A stretch of DNA of 64,000 nucleotides from Nitrososphaeraceae archaeon (GCA_035250975.1 DATFEP010000066.1:1-64000); one strand, 5' to 3'; positions 1 through 10,640 are shown, counted from the stretch's first letter. Notes: generated by a model from the letters alone, not told the origin. Program-made: numbers and translations.

Positions 1-478
1 CATTTACTGGACATGCTTCAATACAAGCGCCGTCTCCTATACAAATATCAAAGTCAACACATACACTATCTCCCCATATTCCCAACTGTCCTGGTGCATC
101 TACAGGTCCCCAGACCGTTATTCCCTTGAATTTACCTGTTGCTTTACGTTTGGTTTTAAAGGAGGTATCTATTGGACCATCTACTTTTGAATAACTTGTT
201 CCCGAACCGGTAAGTGAAATACTAGTTTCACCAAGTTGTGAAATTCCAGCAGGTGCTATATCAGGACTAGAAGGTGTCGTGGCAAGTACGGTTTCCACAT
301 TAGCTTGACTAATTGCAGCAGTTTGTGATGGAATTTCTTTTATGGATTGAGCAGCAACGAATTTTTCTCTCTTTACAACACACAGTTGTTCGTGTACCTC
401 CCTCATACTTTCTAATGTAATAGGGTTCGAATGTAAAAGGAGAGAACCGCAATCACTGCATACATATTCTTGGGACAC
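1..478 (-). CDS. Ferredoxin (Sulfolobus Zfx-like dicluster type) with an N-terminal Zn-finger-like extension; 3' end runs off the window
   Basis: Manually translated from GTG 478: MSQEYVCSDCGS...HEQLC...VWGPVDAPGQLGIWGDSVCVDFDICIGDGACIEACPVN; CxxDxxCxxxCP Fe-S motif. Not in the ORF track. Confidence 0.85.
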   Translation of the reverse strand, partial: MSQEYVCSDCGSLLLHSNPITLESMREVHEQLCVVKREKFVAAQSIKEIPSQTAAISQANVETVLATTPSSPDIAPAGISQLGETSISLTGSGTSYSKVDGPIDTSFKTKRKATGKFKGITVWGPVDAPGQLGIWGDSVCVDFDICIGDGACIEACPVN

Positions 479-677
479 GGTATAATATTCTAAATAGTCA
501 TTTATCAACATTTGGTTATCGAGTGTACTTCGATCCAAGTATTGTTAAATTTGGCAAATTTTTATCGTCTCCCTATTAGAAAGAATTATCTTTTAGTTTT
601 TCACATTTTTGAAATAAAGTATTTTAGATAATATCAAATAAAATAAAATAGATGTTGATCATTAATCAATTTTACAC

Positions 678-1379
678 GTGTTCGGATTAGGATATACTTT
701 TTGGAGTGAAGTTATTTCAGTATTAAGAGAAATAATTCCTGTATACGATAAAGTAAATAAAGTCATTTCTTTGGGAAAGGCCGAATCTTATCGATTTATT
801 GGTATAAGTGAAAATATCCGTCCGGGTAATTTTATATTAGATGCTGGATCGGGATTTGGAAACATGTCAATAACAGCATCTAGATATACTAATCATCAGG
901 TTAAGATAATATTGTATGATCCAATTTTAGAGATGTTGAAAAATTCTAAGCAAATTATGAAATTGGAAACATTATTCTCAAAATCTTCTGGTATTTTTGA
1001 ATACATGCCATTCAGAGACGAGACATTTGATATTGTAATGTGTGGTTATTCATTGAGAGATGCGATCAATCTTGAAAATGCAATATCTGAGGTACACAGA
1101 ATACTAAAAAAAGACGGCAAATTTATAATAGTCGATTTAGGAAAGCCAGACAATTATTTTATTAGGATCATTGTCAATTTTTATTTAAAATATATCTTAA
1201 AAATATTAGCTTATATAGCCGCAGGAGAACATGGATTGCAATTTAAAACGCTTTATGGTACTTACCTAAGATGGCCTCAAAATCATATTCTTTATTCGTT
1301 ATTATCCACTAAATTCTCAAATGTTGATTTTCAAAAAAAAATGAATGGGGCATCGATTATTGTTTCCGCAACAAAGTAA
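678..1379 (+). CDS. UbiE/MenG-family SAM-dependent methyltransferase
   Basis: YDKVN, LDAGSGFG SAM motif I, MPFRDETFDIV, RILKKDGK. Confidence 0.85.
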   Translation: MFGLGYTFWSEVISVLREIIPVYDKVNKVISLGKAESYRFIGISENIRPGNFILDAGSGFGNMSITASRYTNHQVKIILYDPILEMLKNSKQIMKLETLFSKSSGIFEYMPFRDETFDIVMCGYSLRDAINLENAISEVHRILKKDGKFIIVDLGKPDNYFIRIIVNFYLKYILKILAYIAAGEHGLQFKTLYGTYLRWPQNHILYSLLSTKFSNVDFQKKMNGASIIVSATK

Positions 1380-1624
1380 TTGGGTATATTCAATTTTATC
1401 AAACAGGCATGTCTTATAAAATTCTAAGAGAAACGTACACAATTTAGAAAGAGCATAATTATAAAAATTGAATTATTTTGATTTAAATAACTGTCTCGTT
1501 ACTAATATTATCCCAATTATTGGAAACATTGATATAAAAATGTATGGAAATGTAGCCAAATATATTGAAGGTTCAAAAATTTCCATTTTCGTATTCAGTT
1601 TTATTTAACTTATGTCCAATTTAT

Positions 1625-3079
1625 TTATTTAAATTTAGAATTTGCTTCGTTAAGAAAACCATCTAATTTAGACTTCCAATCTATAAATTTTTCAGGGACA
1701 TCCGGATAATTATAGTAGTGATCCACAAGTTTTTTGTTTAACTCCGAAGTAAATTTTAGATCATCTGCCAATTTCTTGTTTAACGCACCCCTAATTAACA
1801 TGCCTAGTTTATCCAATGCTCCGAATTCAGGATGTTCTCCATTAGCGATTTTCTCGATATCGAACTTAGAAAGAAAATGTTTCATCCCATAATCTATCTG
1901 TTCATTTGTAAGAGTTTGAAGCATCCGACGAAAAACCTCCAATCCAGCAGTTTTGTATCCATAGTCATCAATAAAATCCTTATTGTATTTCCATAGACTC
2001 TTTTCCGAAACATCTGAAGATTCTATTGCGTCCACAGCATCTTTCCCTGCTATTGTTGCGGCAATTATAGCAGGGCCTATTCCTCCTGCATCTAATGGTT
2101 TTGGCATCCATGCAGAATCTCCTACCATCATGTATCCATTAGAAACAAGACAGTCGTTTTGTCTTCTTACTGAAACCTGCCAGGTACCCCAAGTATTCCC
2201 TTGATCATCGCCATTAGGTAATTCCGGTTCAGATATTACGGGATTAATTTGAACATACTCGTCAATTAAATTCTTAAGATTTTTGTTTTTTCCATATTGT
2301 CTGTTATATATGTTAAATGCTTTTTGCTGCACACCTAAACCAATATTTACTTTATTTTTCCCCTTTGGAAATACCCATGCATAACCACCAGGAGCTAGTT
2401 TTTGATCAAGATGAATTATACAATAATCTGGATCAAAATATGTCTTTTCATCATTACATATTTTAAAATTATAGATATATCTCCCTGTAGATTCCAGATC
2501 GTCCCGATCGATTTTCTTTTGAATGAATGACTTGACTGGCAGGTTGGTTCGTAATACCGATGTGACTCCTGTACAATCAATTATTAATTTTGCAGTTTTT
2601 TTGAATGTTTGTTTTGTTTTAAGGTTTTCACCATCTACACCAATTATGTAATTATTATTGGAAATTAATGATCGTAGAGCAATATTATCAACGACTTCAA
2701 CCCCCATTTTTAAAGCAATTTTTAATTGCCGTTGAGGTAAAATTCTTCTGTTAAGAATATAACCATCACCGTCAAAAGAAATTCCAGTTTCATGATCAGG
2801 AGAATAGGCGATTACCCCTTTTACCGGATGCTCTATTTCTGGAGACCCCCAGGATATACCTATTCTATTTGTCATGTAATCAACACTGTTCTTTCCTACT
2901 GCATCTCCACAAACCCAACCGTTAACTGTTTTCTTTCCTAAATCGGAAAATGAATTCCTGTCGATTACAAGTATCCTAAGAGATTGGTTAGAATAGTAAG
3001 CAGCTGAGGTAGCAGCTATCATTCCTGCCAACCCACCTCCGGCTACGATGATATCATAATCGTACTTATCTTGCAACAT
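1625..3079 (-). CDS. Geranylgeranyl reductase family flavoprotein (digeranylgeranylglycerophospholipid reductase-like)
   Basis: GGGLAG FAD motif, PGGYAWVFPKG, VGDSA..PLDAGGI. Confidence 0.85.
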   Translation of the reverse strand: MLQDKYDYDIIVAGGGLAGMIAATSAAYYSNQSLRILVIDRNSFSDLGKKTVNGWVCGDAVGKNSVDYMTNRIGISWGSPEIEHPVKGVIAYSPDHETGISFDGDGYILNRRILPQRQLKIALKMGVEVVDNIALRSLISNNNYIIGVDGENLKTKQTFKKTAKLIIDCTGVTSVLRTNLPVKSFIQKKIDRDDLESTGRYIYNFKICNDEKTYFDPDYCIIHLDQKLAPGGYAWVFPKGKNKVNIGLGVQQKAFNIYNRQYGKNKNLKNLIDEYVQINPVISEPELPNGDDQGNTWGTWQVSVRRQNDCLVSNGYMMVGDSAWMPKPLDAGGIGPAIIAATIAGKDAVDAIESSDVSEKSLWKYNKDFIDDYGYKTAGLEVFRRMLQTLTNEQIDYGMKHFLSKFDIEKIANGEHPEFGALDKLGMLIRGALNKKLADDLKFTSELNKKLVDHYYNYPDVPEKFIDWKSKLDGFLNEANSKFK

Positions 3080-3360
3080 AAATATGATTTTTGTAAATTT
3101 ACAATATTTATAGTTAAGTTAATTATCCATGATTCTTCATATATAACAATATTTTCATAATTCTAAAGTAATTTTTTGCGATATTTAATAAAGATAATTT
3201 CACCAATCTTATTAAGATCGAATTAATACATGCAGATAAGATAAGATCGCATGTAAAAAACTTTATATTTAAAATCCCAGAATTTAAAATCTATTATATA
3301 AAGATGATTTAAAATTAATAAATGGCAGTTTAAGGTTATAAAATACCTTTATCAGAAAAT

Positions 3361-3666
3361 TCATTTAGAATCTATAAAATATCTGTAACGTTTTTCTACT
3401 TCTTTATTATTTCCAGACAATACGTTATCAATTTCTCTATTTAGTAGATCCAATGCATATTTTTTAAACTTATTTCCTTCTTCCGATTCAGGAAAAATTG
3501 ACAATGTATATTCAAAATGCCTCATAAATTCAACAACTTTTTTTCTGAATTCTTCGTTTGTAGGATAAGCCACTCGAGTAATCTTGTACCATGTAGTTGT
3601 GCAAGCAGTCGAATATAACTTTGCAAGATCTTCTACAAGTCGTTCGATCTCAAAAAAGTCAGGCAT
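3361..3666 (-). CDS. Hypothetical protein
   Basis: 101-aa ATG ORF, co-oriented with neighbours, protein-like composition. Confidence 0.7.
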   Translation of the reverse strand: MPDFFEIERLVEDLAKLYSTACTTTWYKITRVAYPTNEEFRKKVVEFMRHFEYTLSIFPESEEGNKFKKYALDLLNREIDNVLSGNNKEVEKRYRYFIDSK

Positions 3667-3724
3667 TAATTATAAAGAAGTAGTTATCTAATATATTTCT
3701 GAAGCCTGAAGAGGATTGAAAATA

Positions 3725-4843
3725 TTATCGAATATGTGGTTTTATAGTTATTATTATTCTTGAGCTACAGAGGATATCTTTACATCTGTTCCTGATAGTA
3801 ACTTCGGTAACTCCAGCTAAACCTGATACATCTATTTGAAGAATATTCATTCCCAATAAAACTGCTGAAAGATAAATGTATGCAGCAGCAAGTCCGTTTG
3901 GAGATTTACCGTCAGCCAGTAGATTATTTAAAGTTTTATGAGCTAAATCAATAGCTAATCGCTCTATTCGTGTATCGAGTTTTGCTAGATTAATTAATTT
4001 GGCTATATAATTATCTATAGATAAGGTACATGGAATAATTGAGTTTTTATTTCCATTTTTATTGTCGTCATATTTTGATTTATTAGTATGGGTATCAAGT
4101 TTGGTTTGAATAAAGTTACCACCCATAACCGCCAAGCCATCCGAATTATCAATTTTAATTGTTTGATCATAAGCATTGTTTTCATATGAAAAATTATTGT
4201 GATATATTCCCAATTCCATAGACATAATCCTATAATATTTGGAGGCAAGTTTTAGGCACGATCTGTCATTTGGAGATGCGCCTGTGGCATTCACTATTTC
4301 TTCAATAGATCTTACAATGGAACATCTTTTACACGCAAGATAGATTGTAGCCGCAGCTATACAAGAAACTGATTTTCCTTTTGCTTCATTATTCTTTTCA
4401 TAGGTACGATATATCATTGCAGCGGTTTCAATTAGAATCTTGGGCAGTGACAGATTTGAACAAGTCTCGCTAATCTTTGACAAAACATTAGAAAGTCTCC
4501 TCTCTTTTGATGACGATACACGTATTCTTGAATGCCACTTCCTAATATTGGTCATTTGTTCGGCTACTGTGTAATTAATTAACTTCCCTCCATAATCCTT
4601 TGAAGCATTGCCTATCTCTGTTCTTAAACCATAATCGTGTTGAGAAAAACTCATTGCTCCGCTTGCTCTCGTGTTACGATTTCTTTCTTCAAAATCTTTG
4701 GCTATGGATTCTGGTCCATAATCATTCACTTCATCCAATACTACGTAACCGCAATTCTGACACAAAAATTCACCCTTACTAAAATCGTGAATCAAACTAG
4801 AATGGCATTCTGGACAATTATTGCAATATTCTAGACACACCAT
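3725..4843 (-). CDS. tfb: Transcription initiation factor IIB (TFB)
   Basis: CPEC...CQNCG Zn ribbon, HDYGLRT B-reader, two cyclin repeats, GKSPNGLAAA and AGVTEVTIRNR. Confidence 0.95.
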   Translation of the reverse strand: MVCLEYCNNCPECHSSLIHDFSKGEFLCQNCGYVVLDEVNDYGPESIAKDFEERNRNTRASGAMSFSQHDYGLRTEIGNASKDYGGKLINYTVAEQMTNIRKWHSRIRVSSSKERRLSNVLSKISETCSNLSLPKILIETAAMIYRTYEKNNEAKGKSVSCIAAATIYLACKRCSIVRSIEEIVNATGASPNDRSCLKLASKYYRIMSMELGIYHNNFSYENNAYDQTIKIDNSDGLAVMGGNFIQTKLDTHTNKSKYDDNKNGNKNSIIPCTLSIDNYIAKLINLAKLDTRIERLAIDLAHKTLNNLLADGKSPNGLAAAYIYLSAVLLGMNILQIDVSGLAGVTEVTIRNRCKDILCSSRIIITIKPHIR

Positions 4844-4847
4844 TTTA

Positions 4848-5174
4848 TTATTTTCTACCTCTCATATTTCTTTTTTTAAACCTCCTTGACTCTCCACCAC
4901 CTTCGAGATTCCTTAGATCAGATTTATATATTTTATCACCCTTAACAACTTGAAATTCATCATTTGACATAATTATGGAGGCATATGGAGAACGAACTGA
5001 TCCTATTAGTTCATTAATACTTCCTACTTTCACAGAGCTAGAATTAAAAAGTAAATCGCCGGCATTGACTAGATTTTTTTCATCGAGTTTTACAATCAAT
5101 CTTCCACTTCTTGCTTTATGAACAATTTCACCGACTTCTGTCAACGCAAAGTTATTTGTTTTACTCATTTTCAT
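4848..5174 (-). CDS. gar1: H/ACA RNP component Gar1
   Basis: VG.I.ELIGSVRSPY motif; conserved position upstream of tfb. Confidence 0.8.
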   Translation of the reverse strand: MKMSKTNNFALTEVGEIVHKARSGRLIVKLDEKNLVNAGDLLFNSSSVKVGSINELIGSVRSPYASIIMSNDEFQVVKGDKIYKSDLRNLEGGGESRRFKKRNMRGRK

Positions 5175-5235
5175 ATTATTCGGTCAATAATAATTTATTA
5201 AATTGATAAAGAATTAAAACTATATTTCTTTTTCA

Positions 5236-5550
5236 TCAGGTTCTCTTGTTCCTTGTTCTTCTTGCACTGATTTTTGAAGCGATTGTTGAGATTAATTCAA
5301 ATTTCTTTTTATTTTCTATTTTTGGGATCATGATATATCCTGACCTTACAAAAGATCGTCGCGGATATCTTGCATGGTCACTAGAATTCTCTGCAGTAAC
5401 ATTTAATCCACAATCTATTGCAGCATCAAACAATTCAGAAAAAGTCGGGTCGAAAACAGCCTGATCTCTTTTTATTCGTCTTCCCTTCCTCCTAGAGAGA
5501 TTCTTGTTTAAATAGTCTAACCAAATAATTACATGCTCATAATCCTTCAA
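5236..5550 (-). CDS. srp19: Signal recognition particle protein SRP19
   Basis: IIWLDYLNKNLSRRKGRRI...RYPR. Confidence 0.92.
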   Translation of the reverse strand: MKDYEHVIIWLDYLNKNLSRRKGRRIKRDQAVFDPTFSELFDAAIDCGLNVTAENSSDHARYPRRSFVRSGYIMIPKIENKKKFELISTIASKISARRTRNKRT

Positions 5551-5659
5551 TAGTTAGGTAGAAGGATTCTACTTATTTTAATATTAATATTCTAATTAGA
5601 TATTAAAATCCTTATTTCAAATCTAAAGATGTACAGGAGATAAAATTGAAAATTTTATT

Positions 5660-6052
5660 TTAATTAGATTCCTTTACCAATATACCGTTCATGGTACCGT
5701 TCTGTCCTGGCCGCGAAACTATCCTTACTGAACCTAATTCAGTCTCTACAACCGCACCCTTAGAAAGCACTCCCCGTCTTTCATAATCCTTATTAGCAGA
5801 ATTCTTTAAGGCCCTTATAATTTTAGTTTTAACTGTTTTTTTATTTTCTTTATCGTTTACATTGATGAAATCGATACTCTTTATTGCCGTTTTTTGGTTG
5901 TTTCCTCTAACACGTCTTGTGATAGTAGTTTCTGGGCCCACAACCGGTTCGTTGGGATATCTATCAATTTCGTATTTTTTTCTCGTTCTTGAAGCATTTA
6001 GTCTTCCTCCTGTATATTTTCTTCCGCTTAGATTCTCAATTGACTTTCGCAT
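5660..6052 (-). CDS. rps8e: 30S ribosomal protein S8e
   Basis: RKYTGGR, RVRGNN, KGAVVETELG, SRPGQNG. Confidence 0.97.
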   Translation of the reverse strand: MRKSIENLSGRKYTGGRLNASRTRKKYEIDRYPNEPVVGPETTITRRVRGNNQKTAIKSIDFINVNDKENKKTVKTKIIRALKNSANKDYERRGVLSKGAVVETELGSVRIVSRPGQNGTMNGILVKESN

Positions 6053-6087
6053 TAAAATGAGAATTAATTACTCTAATTAAGACTTTT

Positions 6088-6603
6088 CTAGGATTTAGAA
6101 ATAATACTTCCTTTCATCATGTTGATATCAGAAATTCCGAAGTAATCTTGAAATTTTTTCGTTGTCTTGTACACTCTTAGCCTTCCTAAATTTTCATGAT
6201 CTACAAATGATAGCTGTTCAAGATATTTTACATGAGTGTATGCCTGCGTTCCTCTTATGTATACCAACCTTTTTGACGTGATAGGTTGCTCATATAGAAT
6301 ATATGATAATGTCTTCAGAGTGGCAGATGAAAGAAGTGGTTGTTTAGCAAATTTTTTAATCATAGGTATATAGCTAGATTTTAATTGAAATACGAATTTA
6401 CCGTCATCTAGTTCTCTTATTTCTAGTGCATAAAAAATAGAATTTACTTTTTTCATCATATCTATGAGAATTTTTCTAATTTTTACGTTTGAATTAATAC
6501 CAGTTGCCTTGCTTAATTCTTCAAGTGTCATTGGCCTACCAGATGAATAGAGTGCGGCTTCAATCCTTGCTATAACCTCTTTATCTGGAAGAAATTTGTC
6601 CAA
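6088..6603 (-). CDS. scpB: Segregation/condensation protein ScpB
   Basis: IEAALYSSG, LKTLSYILYEQPIT, YKTTKKFQDYFG. Confidence 0.92.
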   Translation of the reverse strand: MDKFLPDKEVIARIEAALYSSGRPMTLEELSKATGINSNVKIRKILIDMMKKVNSIFYALEIRELDDGKFVFQLKSSYIPMIKKFAKQPLLSSATLKTLSYILYEQPITSKRLVYIRGTQAYTHVKYLEQLSFVDHENLGRLRVYKTTKKFQDYFGISDINMMKGSIISKS

Positions 6604-6642
6604 AACTAGGTTCTATTATTAACGGATTTATATTAACATTAA

Positions 6643-7323
6643 CTAGTTCCATATTTTTATTACCGAAATATCGTAGGAATCCTCATTTTGTACCAATTCT
6701 ATTTCATTTTTCATTGCTAAATGTAGTAATGCTATAAAAAACCTGGCAACTTCGATTGGTTGCATTCTTTCAACAAATTTGCTGAAAATAATAATTTCGT
6801 TAGTATTTAAGAAATTTAATATATAATCTTCATGCTCTTCCAATATTTTTTCAAATTTAACAAAATACTGGTCGAACTCGAAATCTTTTACAGGTTCCAA
6901 CTGTATTTGATTTTTAATTTTACGATTAGGATCTGAAAGATCTGCAATCATATTTTGAAGAACTCTTAGAAGGTCCTCAAGAGATACTGGATAAGTTGAT
7001 GACAATCTAAATGGAAAATCAATTGGATTAATTATTGGAATTTCCTTTTCTTCTGCAATCTGCTGATTGTGTTTTTCCGTCGCAATTTTTTCAAGTTTAA
7101 AAATACTCTCTACTTTTAATCGATAAATTAAAGACGATGTCCATGCAGCAATTCCGCAAATACGAAGGTCTTTTTTTCCATTCGAATTTATTAACTTTAA
7201 AAGTACTTCGAGCAAGTTTGAAATATCTATTTCCCACACATTTTGCTTTCCAAGGAGAGATGGGTTAAATAGTAGGTTAAGTGGAGGTTCAGATAACGAC
7301 TGATTTGTTTCCTTAGAATTCAT
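6643..7323 (-). CDS. scpA: Segregation/condensation protein ScpA (kleisin)
   Basis: WEIDI N-terminal motif, FIALLHLA C-terminal winged helix, adjacent to scpB. Confidence 0.88.
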   Translation of the reverse strand: MNSKETNQSLSEPPLNLLFNPSLLGKQNVWEIDISNLLEVLLKLINSNGKKDLRICGIAAWTSSLIYRLKVESIFKLEKIATEKHNQQIAEEKEIPIINPIDFPFRLSSTYPVSLEDLLRVLQNMIADLSDPNRKIKNQIQLEPVKDFEFDQYFVKFEKILEEHEDYILNFLNTNEIIIFSKFVERMQPIEVARFFIALLHLAMKNEIELVQNEDSYDISVIKIWN

Positions 7324-7391
7324 TTATATGTTTCTTGTTTTGGATATTTCAATGGAAAACATTGACATTTTAAAGTAATTTCTCAAAAAAA

Positions 7392-7952
7392 TTAAGATGT
7401 CATCCAATCTAAAGGGATATCCTGATACATACCATTAGGCAAAATTCGTCTAATCGAGATAGGTAATGCTTTTTTCTCGAGCTCCTCTATGGCAAGTGCA
7501 ATAGAACTCTTATTAAAAATATCTTCCACTTTTATCATTATGGGGGCACCAAAAGAAAGTTGCAATGCTCTTGCTCCTGTTATCCTTGCCTTTTCAAATC
7601 TCGTAAGCCTTCGTGGACCTATTAGAATTTCTTTATTTTTGGAAATTACTTCTTTCAATTCAAATTCAGGTTCAACGTATTCAACGAATTGTTCAATCCT
7701 GGTACTTTGATTTTCAGTTTCCTCTGCAGATTCTTTATCTAGTTTATCGCTTTTTTCTTCATCGGAAGATTTTTTTGAAGATGCCGAGGTCTTAGATTTT
7801 TTAGCTTTGGATCTCGATCTGGCACTTTTCGTTTTAGATTTCGAGTCGGATACAACGGAAACGATATTATCTCCATTGTGATTTTTAAGTGTTAATTTAC
7901 CAGTATTTTCTATTTCATCTTTATTATTATCATTTGCTTTCTTGCCAACCAA
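7392..7952 (-). CDS. rpoK: RNA polymerase subunit K (Rpo6) with long low-complexity N-terminal extension
   Basis: LTRFEKARITGARALQLSFGAP, LPISIRRILPNG. Confidence 0.95.
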   Translation of the reverse strand: MVGKKANDNNKDEIENTGKLTLKNHNGDNIVSVVSDSKSKTKSARSRSKAKKSKTSASSKKSSDEEKSDKLDKESAEETENQSTRIEQFVEYVEPEFELKEVISKNKEILIGPRRLTRFEKARITGARALQLSFGAPIMIKVEDIFNKSSIALAIEELEKKALPISIRRILPNGMYQDIPLDWMTS

Positions 7953-8036
7953 GAATAGTCAAAAAGCTTATTAGAATATAATTAAACGTTACGAATTTAA
8001 GCAATTAGGATAAGATACAGATGAATAGAAAGAATC

Positions 8037-8447
8037 ATGTATGATAAAAGCAGTAATAGTTCCTTCTCAGTTTCAAGAATACCTATTGAAATAATTGTAG
8101 GAAATAAAGGACGAATAAAAGCAGAACTTGTACGTCACTTTGCTCCATTGACAATATCAGAAATATTAAAACGTCTTCCCTTAAGTGGAAGAGTTCATTA
8201 TAATTTAGATAATTTCTGCTACATACAAACACAATTAAATCTTGGACCAGAGAAACAAAAAAAAGAATTCAAACCGAACGATATAGCATACTTAACTTTA
8301 AATGGTTCTTTCTGTTTTTTTATAAAGCAAACTACAACAGCTCCAATGAATCATATTGGAAAAATTATTTCAGAAATAGATCCCATCAAAAGAGTAGAAC
8401 CAACAGATATCTTAACTTTAAAACAAAAAGTAATGGAAAATAAATAA
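8037..8447 (+). CDS. Cyclophilin-like fold protein
   Basis: APLT...LPLSG, DIAY...GSFCFF, MNHIGKI pattern. Confidence 0.7.
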   Translation: MYDKSSNSSFSVSRIPIEIIVGNKGRIKAELVRHFAPLTISEILKRLPLSGRVHYNLDNFCYIQTQLNLGPEKQKKEFKPNDIAYLTLNGSFCFFIKQTTTAPMNHIGKIISEIDPIKRVEPTDILTLKQKVMENK

Positions 8448-8451
8448 TTAT

Positions 8452-8775
8452 TTATTTTTTGGAAATAGAATAAACTTTATGTCCACTGTATCCGCCTGCA
8501 ATTTTGATTATCCCCTTTGATTCTAAATTTTTTAGATAATTGTTAGCTACAGAAATCTTTATTCCCAATGTTTTTGCAACTCCCTGCACAGTTATAGCTT
8601 TCATACCTTTTATAATCCCAGGATCATTAATATCATCGATCAAAACAGAAGATTTCTGTCTTTGAGATTTAGAGGCTGTCTTTACTTCCTCCTTTTTCAA
8701 TTTAGTAGAAGCCTCCCCAGGCTGTTGTGCATTAGATTTTGATGAACCTACTGGTTTCTTCTTGACTCCACCCAT
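8452..8775 (-). CDS. rps25e: 30S ribosomal protein S25e
   Basis: MGGVKKK basic N-terminus plus winged helix IT...A..LGIKISVA..YLK.LE..GII. Confidence 0.88.
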   Translation of the reverse strand: MGGVKKKPVGSSKSNAQQPGEASTKLKKEEVKTASKSQRQKSSVLIDDINDPGIIKGMKAITVQGVAKTLGIKISVANNYLKNLESKGIIKIAGGYSGHKVYSISKK

Positions 8776-8888
8776 TATAATATTAGAATTGCAGTCAATC
8801 CAATTTATAAGTTATAATGATGAAAATATACCAAAAAAAGGTTGTTACTTCAAAAATGCTTAATACACCTTGCAGGTTATTTTTTCCG

Positions 8889-10640
8889 TTGGATTTTTCT
8901 CTGGTTGCAGAAACCTTTCAAGAAATGGAAAAGACAAGTAGTAGGATATCACTAACAGATCATCTCGTTAGTTTATTCAAGAAAACTCCCGATGATGTAA
9001 TAAAAAAGATTGTTTACCTGATACAAGGAAAATTATATCCAGATTATGAAGGAATAGAGCTTGGGATAGCAGAAAAATTAACAATAAGATCAATTGCAGA
9101 TTCGATAGGAATATCCATAAGGGAAGTCCAGGATGTTTATGCCAAATTAGGTGATTTAGGAGAAACGACCGCCAAAATATCGATGAGAAAATATCAACAA
9201 ACATTTTTTAGTGAAAAGATCACTGTTGATAGAGTTTACAAGACCTTCGAAAAGATAGCAAAAACATCTGGTCCAAGATCCCAATTAACGAAATTAAGGT
9301 TAGTTAATAGTTTGCTAAATGATGCGACCCCGATTGAAAGTAAGTACATTATTAAATTCTTGTTGGGAAATCTAAGACTTGGAATAGCTGATTTTACAAT
9401 TATTGATGCTTTATCGATAACCTTTACAGGTGACAAAAGTAACAGAAAGTTTATCGAAAATAGTTACAATATCTGCAGTGATCTAGGTACTGTAGCGGAA
9501 ACATTAGCTGTAAAGGGAATCAATGGGTTGAAGGAAATAAAAATTACACCACTGAGGCCAATACGACCTATGTTGGCAGGAAGAGTTTCTGGTCCTGCAG
9601 AAGCACTAGAAAGGGCAGACAATATTATTTGCGCAGAATTCAAATTAGATGGAGAAAGAGTGCAAATACACAAAGACAATTCTAAAATAGAATTATTTTC
9701 TAGAAGTTTGGAGAAAATAACATCACATTATCCAGATATTGTAGATCCTATAAAAAATCTAAAGGTCGATAAATTGATTTTGGAAGGAGAAATCGTTCCA
9801 ATCAATATTTTGAACAATAAAATTCAACCCTTTCAGGAATTGATGCATAGAAAAAGAAAATATAATATAACAGAAATTGTAAAAAAATATCCAATAAATC
9901 TATACTTATTTGACATTTTATACTATCATGACATTGATTGTACAAAATATGAATACATTAAAAGAAGAGAGATTTTAGAAAACATCCTAAAAAACAAAAC
10001 GAAGGGAATAATTGATTTGGTTAAACAGAAAACGGTAACTAACTCCAAGCAAATTAAAAGTTTCTTTTCTTTAGCCACAAAAAATGGATGTGAAGGTTTA
10101 ATGTTAAAACAATTAAATAGCCGGTACAGGGCAGGTGCAAGAGAATACCTCTGGATGAAATTGAAGAGAGAGTATGACCGTACAATGGGTGACTCGTTTG
10201 ATCTTACTGTCGTAGGGGCACTTTTGGGAAAAGGAAAAAGAACAGGATATTACGGCGCATTGTTACTCGCTGTCTATGATAAAGAAACAAACACTTTTCA
10301 GAGTACATGTAAAGTGGGAACTGGATTTTCTGATGCAAATTTAGAATTTCTTTATAATGAGCTGAAGAAAGACATAATTAAAGAAAAGCATCGTAATGTG
10401 ATCGCAAATATGAAGATGGATATATGGTTTAAACCAAGAATAGTTCTCGAGGTAATCGCTTCTGAGATTACTCTGAGTCCATCACATACAGCAGCTATAC
10501 ACTCGATACGAGAAAATTTTGGCTTGGCGCTTAGATTTCCAAAATATTCTGGTAAGATTAGATTTGACAAGAATCCGGAAGATTCTACTACTGCTCAAGA
10601 ACTAATAGACATATATAAGATGCAGGTAAAGAAGAGGTAA
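8889..10640 (+). CDS. lig: ATP-dependent DNA ligase (likely start TTG 8889; ORF open from 8817)
   Basis: EFKLDGERVQIH adenylation motif, EGLMLK, WMKLKREY, LRFPK. Confidence 0.97.
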   Translation: MDFSLVAETFQEMEKTSSRISLTDHLVSLFKKTPDDVIKKIVYLIQGKLYPDYEGIELGIAEKLTIRSIADSIGISIREVQDVYAKLGDLGETTAKISMRKYQQTFFSEKITVDRVYKTFEKIAKTSGPRSQLTKLRLVNSLLNDATPIESKYIIKFLLGNLRLGIADFTIIDALSITFTGDKSNRKFIENSYNICSDLGTVAETLAVKGINGLKEIKITPLRPIRPMLAGRVSGPAEALERADNIICAEFKLDGERVQIHKDNSKIELFSRSLEKITSHYPDIVDPIKNLKVDKLILEGEIVPINILNNKIQPFQELMHRKRKYNITEIVKKYPINLYLFDILYYHDIDCTKYEYIKRREILENILKNKTKGIIDLVKQKTVTNSKQIKSFFSLATKNGCEGLMLKQLNSRYRAGAREYLWMKLKREYDRTMGDSFDLTVVGALLGKGKRTGYYGALLLAVYDKETNTFQSTCKVGTGFSDANLEFLYNELKKDIIKEKHRNVIANMKMDIWFKPRIVLEVIASEITLSPSHTAAIHSIRENFGLALRFPKYSGKIRFDKNPEDSTTAQELIDIYKMQVKKR

